A stretch of 64,000 bases of DNA from assembly GCA_002633005.1 (NCBI GenBank), contig NMRA01000146.1:673059-737058 (forward strand), in the 5' to 3' direction. Position numbers and translations under genes: made by a program. The notes under the pieces are model-generated. The model was given only the letters and a program-made list of their open reading frames with translations. It was not told where the DNA came from and searched no databases. Shown here in pieces: positions 42,546-54,114 of the stretch. Each line of letters starts with the position of its first letter. Positions within the stretch are counted from its first letter, which is position 1. Source of the stretch: Phoronis australis (lineage: Eukaryota; Animalia; Phoronida).

Positions 42546-42797
42546 AGCTTGGACTAGTTTCTAATATCACTTTGGTTGAAAATGAGACAACAATTGATGT
42601 CAGTTGGTTTGAAGCACCTGGAAATAAAGGCGGCTACACAGTTGTCTGCGGTAACTATACCTTCAATGTAGATGACCCAGCTGCTACCAATAAACGTTGC
42701 ACTGGCTTGACTCCGGGAACTGAGTACCATGTAAAAGTAAAAACTACCAAGACAGGTTGGCTTGATCAATGGCCACCATCGATAACAGCTAAAACAA
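42546..42797 (+). CDS. FN3-domain exon (type A, membrane-proximal copy)
   Basis: cgttccag| ... |gtaagt; 252 bp, phase 1-1. LGLVSNITLVENETTIDVSWFEAPGNKGGYTVVCGNYTFNVDDPAATNKRCTGLTPGTEYHVKVKTTKTGW; three N-glycosylation sequons (NIT, NET, NYT). Confidence 0.9.
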
Positions 42798-44161
42798 GTA
42801 AGTGTTTATTGATATATGCGCGTGCCTTTATCCAATAACTGGTCACAGAGTCGCTCATGATACTATTGCAGGGATATCGTTGACCAGGTTTGAACCTGCG
42901 TGCTATTTGGGAGCAGCTGATAATGAAAGTTGACTATGCTTTAATACTATTTTTTTAAATATCAAATGAACTCTTGATTTGGAAGGTAATTTCTATAACG
43001 TGGTGATCTGAATTGCAAATAGGTGGTCTGACAGAAGCGGAATTGGTTATTGCAAGCTTGTTTGTTATACACAGATCGTTATACATGTAACAAAGTGAAT
43101 TGTGTTAATCGCGTGCGTTGGTTTATAAGTTAAATGCAGGCATTGGTGAAGAGTACGTCAAATTAACGAAGACAGGATTTGTTGCCATTGTCATTAGGCA
43201 ACCACATGCTGTTGATTACAATGAAGTGTTCATTGATAACAACATCATTATTAGACAGTGTTAGTTCCTCTACTTTCTGCAATATGCCTTCCTTTCAAAA
43301 GATGTCTGTCAAGGTGTTCGGTAGAGAAACCCGCAAGGAATTTCTTGTCATTGACATATATTCTATTCCAATAATTATTCGTAGAGTTTATGATTTTACA
43401 AGTTATAGTTCATAGTTAACAGAGTGATGTTTATACAAGAGCAACCTACGACCAATACTTAGTGTGATATGCATTGTTATAATACGTAGGTTATCCCCAG
43501 ACAATGTTTCCGACTCTCATATTGCTACAATTAGTAATTTTGTTTATTAAATTGCTTGATGAGCTTGTATTTTGAGAACGAGGCTCGGAGTTGTATACGT
43601 TGTAGATAACAGAAGGTCATCAGAAGTAAGCGAAGAGCCGTGTATCATTTTTCAAAAGTATAAGCGTTCCAGATGGTCACGGATGGCTTTAGTGACCTCG
43701 GGCGACATAGGTGCTTTCTGAAACCTCAATATTTCTGGTTCAACGCAATCGGGCTCACGGGAACGGGGTGATACTCCTGAAGTCCAATGTTTTTGGGTCA
43801 TCTTTGTTGTAGTCCCATTAAATGCAGCGCTTCCTGTGCTGGCGTTCCTTTTCCGCAGCGTCCCAGCCTCCATGATTGGAGTTTCAGCCTTGTTTATCGT
43901 CAGAATTTGTGGAAACTTTTCAGAAAATCACATTCGCATCTGACCGGAAACGGCGCCACGTGCGACACACACAAATCAAAGAAATTATTTACCTATAACA
44001 CCTTACAAGATTTCACCTTCTTAGGTTTCTGATATTTGTGATAATATTGAATATACTTGAGAGATTTGACTTCAGTATAACAAATAAATTCATATAAACT
44101 TGTGCAATTGCCAATAAAACAATGTCATATAACATATTTTGCGAAATTTGCAATTGGACAA

Positions 44162-44296
44162 GTCTCTCTGCTTTCTCCACCAAATTAGCAGCAACGGCGT
44201 CAACGTCAGACTCGACAGCAAGCCCTTCCACACCTTCAGTAGCTATAAGCGACACTACGGGAAAAGACAGTTCGACAACAGCTATATCCGGTGAGG
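44162..44296 (+). pseudogene. Ser/Thr-rich stalk exon copy with acceptor AG replaced by AA
   Basis: 135 bp, open frame, donor gtaggt intact, homologous to the four downstream stalk exons. The acceptor reads tggacaa|g where the paralogues read tggacag|g or gggcag|g. Confidence 0.6.
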
Positions 44297-45818
44297 GTAG
44301 GTCCAGTCCGTGTTGAAACACAGCAGTAGAGTCGTATCTATCTAATCAACTAAACGGGAAGATTATCGTCTCACGGTCGAAGAAAGCATGTTGTGTAGTT
44401 TTAGAACTTGGAACGGCTTATTAGCTTTTGAGCTATAAAACAACGAAGTTTGTTGTTTTCTTACTTCCATTCAAACGGCCAATTATCTGTTTTATCCCAC
44501 ATGTTCGCTGAAATAAAGTCCGGTGACTTACTCTTAAAAATGCATTTAGCTCTGGCGATCAGCGACTCATTGAAACGCCAAAAGCGTACTGAAACCAAAA
44601 ATTAAACCCACTCACGCCTTGCACACAACTTCAGTATGCTTACATTGAGTTCGCTCTCCAACTTTGTTCTGTCGTTTCTATGGACTTTGGATGTTGCTAA
44701 GTTATCAATTGCACTGAACGAGTGATAACAAACCTAGATAGAACAAGGAACAAAATTAAAAGTTGGGAAACAACAAAAATACAGAACTAATGATGTGGAG
44801 TTGTGCAAGATCAAGCCTATCTTAAACGGTAACACCAGTGAATGTGGTTCCTGCAGTATGTTATGAGCATCGCTCTGAGCCCACTCGTGTCATAATTTCT
44901 CAAATGTAACGAACTGTTGGGCGTATTGACTTGCGAGAATCATATTTTGCATGACAACGTTTTCCCGTTCACTGACTTTACCAGAAGAAATGGGTGCTGA
45001 GCGTGTGATAACATCTACCACTACTACAAAGCAAAGTCTTTTGTCCGTTATGACAAGAAGCAGGCCAATTATCTACACCTACCAGGCTTATTACAGACCG
45101 CGTGTGAACACCGTCAAACTGCAGAGCAAATTGGTTTATTCAGATAGAATAGATTATCATAACTTCAGTTGCAGTTGGGCGATTTTGGCTATTCGAAAAC
45201 TGAACATTTTCACCATTAGACGTAGATGTCAGAAATGTTATTGGTTTACATTCAAATATGTTATAACTTAACTTTTTACAACGCGTTTGCCCAGACAGGC
45301 TAGATACGACATTTTTGAAGATTAGAGCAATCATAGAACAAAATAGAGCTGGCGCTCCAACCATGAAAAGCCAGAATAGAGTTTATCATTCGTGTAAGAT
45401 ATTGGCTACAGGGGTTAACTTCCTAAATTGTTGTGTGTGCTATAGAATCGAACAAGTTGGGAGCAACGGGAAAACGCCGTAATGAATTAAACCAGAGGCG
45501 AATACCACCCGCACGCAATGGTGTCCTACTCAGACCCTTACAACTGCTATAGGTCTTTCTGCCGTGTTGCCTGGGGTGTGGCAGTGACGCAATATGTCAT
45601 CAAAAGCCAGCTTCAACTATCATTTGACGGACCGACATTTGCATGACTGAATTCGCGTTTTCTTGTTTTGCTAAGATTTCCTAGGACTACTTACCTCTAT
45701 AATACTACAGTTCCTTTGAAGTTAGGCTTCAAGGTTCATTCAATCGAACACGTGACTTTTATTTAAAAACATTTGTGATCATGTGCTTTCGTCGCGTAGC
45801 CAAATTCACCTGAGAGTC

Positions 45819-47846
45819 TCAAAGCCATTGGTTTTGAGAAAGCATTTGATTTATTGTGGTGGAAATTTAGTCAAAAACTTTATCTTTCCTTAGTTTCGGT
45901 TGGTCTATCAGAATGTGGGTGAAAGTCTTTTACAGTAATATTAAGTCCAGTGTTGTCGTAAATGGTCACCTATCTGCCTGGTTCAATTTTTCGCTAGGCT
46001 GCCGACAAGGTGACCCTTTGTCTCCCTATATTTTCATATTGTGCGCGGAGATTTTGACGTATTTAATTAAGAATAATAAAATTATTGCTGGTGTAGTTGC
46101 AGGAAATAAGGAATATTTGGTTTCACAATATGCCGACGACATTTCAATTACGTTAGATGGGTCGAATTTGTCATTGACTACCACATTGAATGTACTTCAT
46201 TTGTTTGCTGATGTTTCCGGTCTCCAATTGAATGTAGATAAAACAAAAGCCATATGGTTTGGAAGTAAAGCTGAAATTTATGACTTGATTCCTACAAAAT
46301 AAAGTTCTTTCTTAGACAAGAAATCTTTTAGGTTTTTGGGGGTGGATTTTGGCAATCGATTGGATAGTATGAGGCATAAGAATTTCACTGCAAGAATGAC
46401 TGGGATCAAGCTTTTTTTAAAAAGTTGAAGTCGACTAAATTTAATGCTGTTTTGTAGCCTAACGGTAATTTACATTATCTATTTCTAAACTAAATTTTTG
46501 CTTTCAACTTTACCAAATCCACCAGTAAAAGTCTTGGATGAATTGAGTACGACCATTTTTAAATTTGTATGGCAGAGTCGTAATGATAAAATTAAACGAA
46601 CCACGGCCTGTTTAGGACTCGATCAAGAGGCACTTTAAATGATTAATATGCATACGTTCAACAAAACTTTAAAACTCGCTAGGGCCCGTAGATATCTTGA
46701 AAACCCTGCGTCTAAAAGTGGTGAATTACTGTACTCAGTCCAACCATTCTTAAAGAATTTTGCTTCATTTTTAGATGATTTTATTAAGTTGAACTTAGTT
46801 CCAGTCGTAATTGCTAATGGCGCGAAGTATTTGAAGTTATGACATCTTTCTATAAGAAATCACTGTTGGAAGCAAGGAGAAGTTTTTGAATTTACCTTTG
46901 TGGTTCAATAGTAATTTGGCTATCGGAGGCACAAGTGTTTTATAAGCCTTAGTTTATAACAGGCTTGAGATTTATTAGACACATGTACACCTCTAATGGT
47001 GATTTTGTTAGTTTGAACCACATGAAAAACAAGTTCCATGTAAAAACAAACTTTGTAGAATATAATGTGGTTGTTTCAATTCTAAAAAACGTTTCAAAAA
47101 GTCTATTACAACGTAAATTTAAAAGTGTTAATGTCTACTCTCCTTGCATGCCTTTGTCAATCACTCACATACGAAAAGATTTGAAGGGTTGTAAACATAT
47201 CCGTTCAGTCTTTAATAACGTTAAGAAAACATACGCATTATGTAGGATCCGAACATTAAATGGTTCCACTTTAGAATACTAAACACCCAGGTTTATTGCA
47301 GCAAATACCTTTTCACTCAAAATCCGTGTTCAGGATTCTTAATTTATGTCCGTTTTGTAATAAAGCTCCAGAGACGCTGTCAAACTTTTTCGGGAATTTT
47401 GCATTGTACAAGATTTCTGGAAGGAATTCGGACAGCTAATGCAAAAGTATCGCATTCAGATTTGCAACAGTCTCTCTTACGATTGAGTTATTTTTGGACT
47501 TTGCGAGACGCATGTATTTCTTTTTAACATTTTGCTTCTAATAGCCAAACAGTAAATTTACGAGGAGAGATGTCACAAAAATATTCCTAACTTCCACAGG
47601 TTTATTACATCTACTTATGAGTACTACAATGTTGTAAAATAAATTGCATACATCAACTTTGTATGACAGCTTCTCTGCGATTTGGGAAAATTTCGTTGTT
47701 CACGATAACTACATGTAGAAGGTACTTACTTTAATCGAGATACGAAATTGGTCTTTCTTGAGGTGTGCATGCGTGAATGAATGGATGTACTTATTCGTTT
47801 GTTTGTTTTTGTAGTATTTAATAAATGATAAAAAATTCTTTAAAAA
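45819..47846 (+). mobile_element. 5'-truncated Tx1/L1-clade LINE (RT pseudogene)
   Basis: FEKAFD, GCRQGDPLSPYIFILCAEIL and VSQYADD RT motifs with stops and frameshifts; AATAAA at ~47820 and an A tail; 17-bp TSD aaattcacctg(a/g)gagtc at 45802-45818 and 47847-47863. Confidence 0.9.
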
Positions 47847-47994
47847 AAATTCACCTGGGAGTCAGTGGGACTTTGGTGTTGCACTAATGCAAAGTTAATG
47901 AAAATTAACACACTTTGTTTTCAATGACAAAAACTAAAATATCACCTTCTAAGCAATGTGACCTAGTTATCACGTAAATGTACATATACATGTT

Positions 47995-48025
47995 TATGCA
48001 TGTGTGTGTGTGAGAGAGCGCGCGC

Positions 48026-48081
<56 letters not shown>
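47995..48081. repeat. (TG)n microsatellite
   Basis: Seen directly. Confidence 0.95.
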
Positions 48082-48086
<5 letters not shown>

Positions 48087-48234
48087 TTTGCAAATTCAAG
48101 TTGGTGGTAACTGTGATAATATAACAAATATTGTTGACATATTTAAATTCAATGTAATAATCGGGACTATGTAAAGAGTGTAATTGCAAATAAAACATTG
48201 CGTAAAATTGGTTGTGAAATTTGCACTTGGACAG

Positions 48235-48369
48235 GTCTGTCTGCTAGCTCCAACAACCTCACAACAACGGCGTCAACGTCAAACTTGACAACAAACCCAG
48301 ACAAACCTTCTGTAGATATGAACCTCACTTCGGGAAAAATTGATTCTACAAGAGTTATAACTGGAGACG
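48235..48369 (+). CDS. Ser/Thr-rich (mucin-like) stalk exon
   Basis: tggacag| ... |gtatgt; 135 bp, phase 1-1; LSASSNNLTTTASTSNLTTNPDKPSVDMNLTSGKIDSTRVITGD. Confidence 0.75.
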
Positions 48370-49270
48370 GTATGTTTACTCTGTATTCAAATACAGCAGC
48401 ATATTCCTATCATTGTTGTCTACCAGGAGATAACGTCATCGCTTTGCAGTCAAAAAAGCATGCTGTGTGGTTTTTGTTACTTGGAAAAGACTTCTTGAAA
48501 TTACATGTATTAACTTTGACTGGAGCTATAAAACAACGAAATACGTTGTGTTTGTGACTTCGTTACAAACTGCCACTTTTAGTCGTTTTCTCTCAGATAT
48601 TCGCTGAAAATAAGACATGTGGTCTTGCCACTTAAACTTGTGCATAAAGCTGCATTTCTTCCCGTTTATTATTTAAACGAAAGCCCAATTAAGCTATTCC
48701 AAGTCGTAAAGGTGACGAATAGGGTCCTATTTCTGACATAAACACTTACAAGATGGTGATCACTCCCTCAAGGGGACGTATGCATTTACCCTAGAACTGA
48801 AAAATAGCGCTGATACGCATTAGTTCTGACTTAACTTCGGATTTGCGTGGTAATTCAGTTTGTTGTTGGTAACTGATTGTGCACAAAGAGTACTGGAACA
48901 AAAACGTACGCACTGTTGATCAAAATTGTCAGCTTAATCCATCAGAGTTTGGCTGAATGAGGAGGAGTTCTGTCAGAGTATTTTTAGTTTATATATTAAA
49001 GGCAGTTCCTTGCTCTGTTGCTATCCTCAGAACTTACAAAACATATGCCACCATAACCAACTATGATTATACGACGTACACGTCGACATATTTAGCGAAT
49101 ACAAGCCGTATTACTCTTTTGCAACGAACTAGACTTTAATGGTCCAACCTAATGGCTATTGGGGTGCTTTTTTAATATACTTGATATATTTAACTTCATT
49201 ACATTGTATGTGGGAAATTGCAAGCAAAACAGTTTCTTTAATATTTTTTTCGAATTCTTCGCATATACAG

Positions 49271-49384
49271 GTCCCATTGCCAGATCTACCAAGTTCTCAG
49301 CAGTGGTGTCAACATCAAACTCGACAACAAGCCCTGCCACAGCTTCGGGAAAAGTCGATTCAACAGCAGCTACATCGGATGACG
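49271..49384 (+). CDS. Ser/Thr-rich stalk exon (21-bp in-frame deletion variant)
   Basis: atacag| ... |gtaggt; 114 bp, phase 1-1; PIARSTKFSAVVSTSNSTTSPATASGKVDSTAATSDD. Confidence 0.75.
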
Positions 49385-49604
49385 GTAGGTTCAATCCATG
49401 TTGAAATACTGCAGTAGTTCCGTATTCTTGTAATTAGAACATACATTACCGGTGTTTCTTTCAAAGGCTTCAGCTGTTGTGTAAATTTGTTATTTGGAAA
49501 GAATTGTTGAAATTACGGTTAGTGATTTGAGTTTTCTATTCATGCATGTGCAATTGCAAGTTGAGCGTTGCCTCCAATACTTTGTGAAATTTACACCTGG
49601 GCAG

Positions 49605-49739
49605 GTATCTCCGCTAGCTTCACCCACCTCTCAGCAGTGACTTCAACGTCAGACTCGACAGCAAGCCATGCCTCATCTCCAAAAGCTACAACCTCCATTT
49701 TGGTAAAACCTAATTTGACAACGGCTACATCTGGTGACG
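49605..49739 (+). CDS. Ser/Thr-rich stalk exon
   Basis: gggcag| ... |gtatgt; 135 bp, phase 1-1; ISASFTHLSAVTSTSDSTASHASSPKATTSILVKPNLTTATSGD. Confidence 0.75.
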
Positions 49740-50455
49740 GTATGTTCAAACCATGTCGAAATACAACAGTAGATTTGTATCCTTGTAAATAACCAGAAGG
49801 TCGAAAAAATGCACGTTGTGTAGATTTGTTACCTGGGAAAGATTTTCTGAAGTTATAAGCTTTGGTTGGAGCTATAAAAACAACGAACTACAATGTCTTT
49901 CTGTGACTTCATTACAAACAGCCTATTTGGCCCTTTTTTGATACTCTCTGAAATCAAGACCCGTGATATGGTCCACCAAAATCAAGCTGAAAGCTCTATT
50001 TCGTCCTTTTTATTTTTTAGAAAAAACGACACTTGTTGTTTAATGCGTATGGAACGGTGTCAAAAAAAGTGTATCCTGTCACCCCTCTCACGCATCCCCT
50101 TCAGTAACGTTATGCTTAAAAACTTGAGTACCCGCTGTAATTTGGTCCCCTCGCTTTTACGGATAATGTAGGTCTTGCTGCGTTACCGATTGGACTACGC
50201 AGCGAACTGCAAAAGAGAACTCGTTTTTATGTCAAGTTTAAATTCGTTACAACCTTGTAGTATCAATCAGTTACTTACACGTTACCTGAGTATGTGAGGC
50301 TGCTGATGCTTGTGAAATAGCTTTAGGATAGTTGAAGCCTTTCTCACCGTTGCCATTGAGTCTCAAAAGTGCACAGCGTTGGAAGCCGTGTCCCATATTT
50401 TTCTATCTTTGAGGCTTTCAATTTTTCTAATAAGGCCAAACTATTGATATAAAAA

Positions 50456-50456
<1 letters not shown>

Positions 50457-50512
<56 letters not shown>
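50457..50512. repeat. (AT)n microsatellite
   Basis: Seen directly. Confidence 0.95.
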
Positions 50513-51146
50513 GTTGCGTTGAAAAGTAAGCTGTTCTTTGCTTTAATTAGTTTGTACAACAAACTTTCGTAGTGTCTACACAAGTGTCTTTCATCAGATG
50601 GTAGTTGATATAATAGATCGCCCAGTGTAAGTGGCATCACAAACACATATATATGAGTAAATATATAATAAAACTCTGTACAAAACATATCATAATAAAA
50701 CAGTAGCGGTACTTCGACTATACATCAGTCATCAAAGGCAAATAAATCTTAAAAAATCATCAACGCTATCGTGTATGATGCATGAAACAAGAACAATGAC
50801 ATTAAACACGAATATAAGGTTGCATACATAAGAGCGCAATTACAGAAGGAATTGTCATGGAAACTAAATTAAACGTACACTGTACTATGTGACATAGTAA
50901 AATTTAATAAAATACATAGGTATTTTATTTATTTATGCGTGTGTTTGTGTGTGTGTATTTGTTTGCGACTGAGCTTCGCATGTTTAACTGCCCTAAAGTA
51001 AATACGTCGAAAGAAACGTGTTCAATTGAAATGCGATCTAATCCTTCGTAAACATAACGCTTCGATATATGGAAAGATCCGCAAGAGCGCAGCATTGTGT
51101 TGCTGGTTCTATGCGTCCCGCGTACTTTATGCCCGGTGTTCTATGG

Positions 51147-51297
51147 CAGGGGCGAATCCAAGATTTTGAGTTGGGGGGCAGGGCAGGATATTAGCCAGGA
51201 TTTTGACCGTTAGACATTCGCACTTCCGAACTGAATTGAATCTGGGAGAATTTTAGAGGGCTGTGACCCCCTTGCCCCTTCTAAATCCGTCGTTTTA
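51147..51297. mobile_element. MITE (caggggcgaatcc... family)
   Basis: Reverse-complement match to the end of 63084-63386 (aactcaaaatcctggatccgccc). Confidence 0.6.
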
Positions 51298-52952
51298 TAG
51301 ATTTCCTGTGCTATGTGTCGCGGGCTTCATATGTCCAGGGTTCTATGTCTCCCATGATCTATGTGTCCCGGCTTCTACTGTATGTGTCGCGATAGTCCAG
51401 GCGCTAAACGGGCGAGTAAGCAAGATTTTGCTACAATCGCAATTTTAGGGCCACGTGACAAATTTGACGTGCTTTTTCGATTCTGTTTTTGGGTAAAAAA
51501 GTTTGACATAATTAACCTTGAATTGCATGCATGATCATATCAAAATTTGGCCTAATACCATTAATTAAATACAAGCATATCTTTGGAACTGTTTGACAGA
51601 GTCTCCCCATCTTTCTGTCGTTTCTTATGTTCATCAGGGGGCACATAGGTTTTGACACTTAAGAGGTCATTCAAGGTCAGCATCACGTGACAATTTCAAA
51701 AATACGTCGCTTTGCCAGATATTCTCTAAAATCAACTGAAGACGGGTGAATTCGTCGGGCAAACTTTCGCTAAAAGCTGCACATTGTCCAGATTAATTTA
51801 TTAAAAAAACGAAACTCTAATAAGGCTTTTACAGTAGTAAAATTGATGTCATAATATCTCTTAACATAAATGGAGCGATTTCCGTTATGAACAAGAACAT
51901 ATAAGCTATCAGCGACTCATGACTACACATGTACCCTAAAATTAAAAAAAAAAACGGCACCTGTATGCAATAGCTGTGATTTAGGTCGGAAATACGTTGT
52001 AATGCTGTTTGATTTTACCAACCACTTACATGTAAGTTATTGCGTATCGAACCGTGCCGAGACGATAAGTGTAACCTCTCGCCCCTTTCACACAACCTTC
52101 TCAGTACATACAAGTGGTAACACTGAGTGCCTATTCTAATTTAGTCATGCGATTTGACTTCGCATCCAACTGCGTAAGAGAAGCGTTTCTATTCTTAATC
52201 ACCACGGGTTGCAAAACCAACACACTTCCCAACCGTTTAACTTTCCTAACGCATGTGTCATAGCTAGAAGAGATTAGTTTTTATCGACGTCATCAAGCTT
52301 ACAAAGAGCACAGTGTTGGAAACTTAATTGATGGCAAGCTTAGTCCTTTATATTTCTATTTTGAATTTCGAGAATTTCACTTTAATACGGAAATATTTTA
52401 TCAGTTTCGTTTATTTAACAACGGTAACGTAAATAAGTACGTGGACGTGTTCTTATGTTCACAGCAGTTTTGAATAGATGTGAAAAGGTAATTTTCGCCC
52501 TCGAATGATGGCTGGCGAACGTTTACTGTCCGTCAAAATAACTGTGTCAAATCAAATCTCTGCTTAATTGTAGACGTGGTGGCACTTCGTTGCATCAAAA
52601 CTTCGAGTAGAGGGTCAATGCTGCCAACAATTTCGTCAAAATTTGACGGAATGTGGCAGAGTTCAGTCAAGGTCTTTGTAGTTTATATGTAGCAAATGGA
52701 TATTCGATGTCTGTGGCTATCTTTATCACTTGCAAAACAGCTCCTTAACGAATTTAGATTAAGTTAGGCCTACAACAACATTTGTATCAAATAAGGTTCC
52801 CCCTTTGCAACCTATAAGAGTTCATTGGTTCAAGTGATGATTTTGAATATACTGTACAGAACAAACTTCAATATAATTAATAAATCCATGCGCACATGCG
52901 CCGTTGCCAATAAAAATGCCTATAACGCTTTGTGGATTTTACACTTGGGCAG

Positions 52953-53087
52953 GTCCCTCCTCTAGCTCGGCTAGTGCTTCACAGGCTGCGTCAACTTCAG
53001 ACTCGGAAATAAGCCCGGCTACACCGCCTGTATCTATGGGACTTACTACGGGAAAACTTAATGTCACAACAGCTTCATCGGGTGAAA
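52953..53087 (+). CDS. Ser/Thr-rich stalk exon
   Basis: gggcag| ... |gtgggt; 135 bp, phase 1-1; PSSSSASASQAASTSDSEISPATPPVSMGLTTGKLNVTTASSGE. Confidence 0.75.
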
Positions 53088-53741
53088 GTGGGTTAATCCC
53101 AAGTCGAAATACAGCAGTAGAATAGTATCATTGTAATTAACCAGAAGGGAAATCTACCGAGAAATACCCCTTGTGCAGTTTGGTTACATGTGGAATATTT
53201 CTTGAAGTTGTTAGCTTTAACTCGAGCTATGAAACAACGAGTTTTGTTTCTGTGACGATCTAATAATACCCCCAATATAAGCAAGAACATTGGAGCTGTT
53301 AGCAACACAGGGACACTTGTCTACCAATAAACATTGCGACTGTACGTATTAGCTGTGACTTTAGGTGGAATCCAGGCAGCAATGGTTTGTAAGATTAGGA
53401 GAAGATTCAGTTGAAAATTCAATATTGACAGCTAAACAGCGTAGAAATGCTAATTTAAAATACTATGCTATTTAGAGAGAAGGATCTACCTGTAGCTCCG
53501 CCGTTTGCTGCTTCGGTACCTTCCGGATGGTGATTTAAGGTTTTATTCTTTATTACATTGTCTCTTCAATGAAATAATCTGTTACCTGGGCTTATTCTTA
53601 CAATGGGGTGATTCATGCAAAATCTCTAGCAATAAGTAGTAGCAGGAGCAATAAAGACACGCATATGTAAGACAGTTTACAACGTGCTGTCATCTGCATT
53701 GTTTTCTTAGTGAGGAAAAATACAAGTCGTTTATTTTGTAG

Positions 53742-53950
53742 GCACGGTGGAAACATCTACCAATTTGGGCGTCATTCTTGGAATTGTTGGGGTTCTGTTG
53801 GTCGTAGCAATTATCTTAGTCATCGCATACTTCTTACTTACGAAGAAGTTAAGACAGACGGTGTTGCTGACAGATGAAGAAGTGGAGGATGCTCAGGAGA
53901 AAGATGGGAAGGCAGGAAATAAAGAAAAAAGTTTGGTCGAATGTAGATGA
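53742..53950 (+). CDS. Terminal coding exon: transmembrane helix plus 35-aa cytoplasmic tail
   Basis: ttattttgtag| phase-1 acceptor in frame with the upstream exons. Hydrophobic stretch LGVILGIVGVLLVVAIILVIAYFLL, then KKLR stop-transfer, an acidic tail and TGA at 53948-53950. Confidence 0.85.
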
Positions 53951-54114
53951 AAAGAAGCTAGGAACTGGTAAAGAGTGCCGTTCTTTTGCTGACATTAGTG
54001 AGAAAGTTATGGAAGACGGCTTCTAAAGTAAAAGTATACATGTAGCATCACACGATATGGTAGCCAAGGTTGAAGGAACTTATTTGGCTGTGGATGCCGA
54101 TACACGTAGCCTAA

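Noticed and set aside
9578-42797. Dscam-like mutually exclusive splicing of the FN3 exons
   Set aside because: No docking/selector complementary sequences were noticed, and the exons can be included serially in frame. This needs transcript data.
47905-48198. THTHTH and YIYIYI ORFs (also 50344-50688)
   Set aside because: These are translations of (TG)n and (AT)n microsatellites.
51393-52250. Academ-like terminus (tagtccaggcgctaaacgggcga)
   Set aside because: Only one end is seen, with no matching TIR or TSD in the window.
9578-53950. Assigning a gene symbol such as PTPRJ, PTPRB, PTPRQ or a tenascin
   Set aside because: FN3 similarity is generic, with no phosphatase, EGF or fibrinogen domain visible; orthology cannot be shown from this window.
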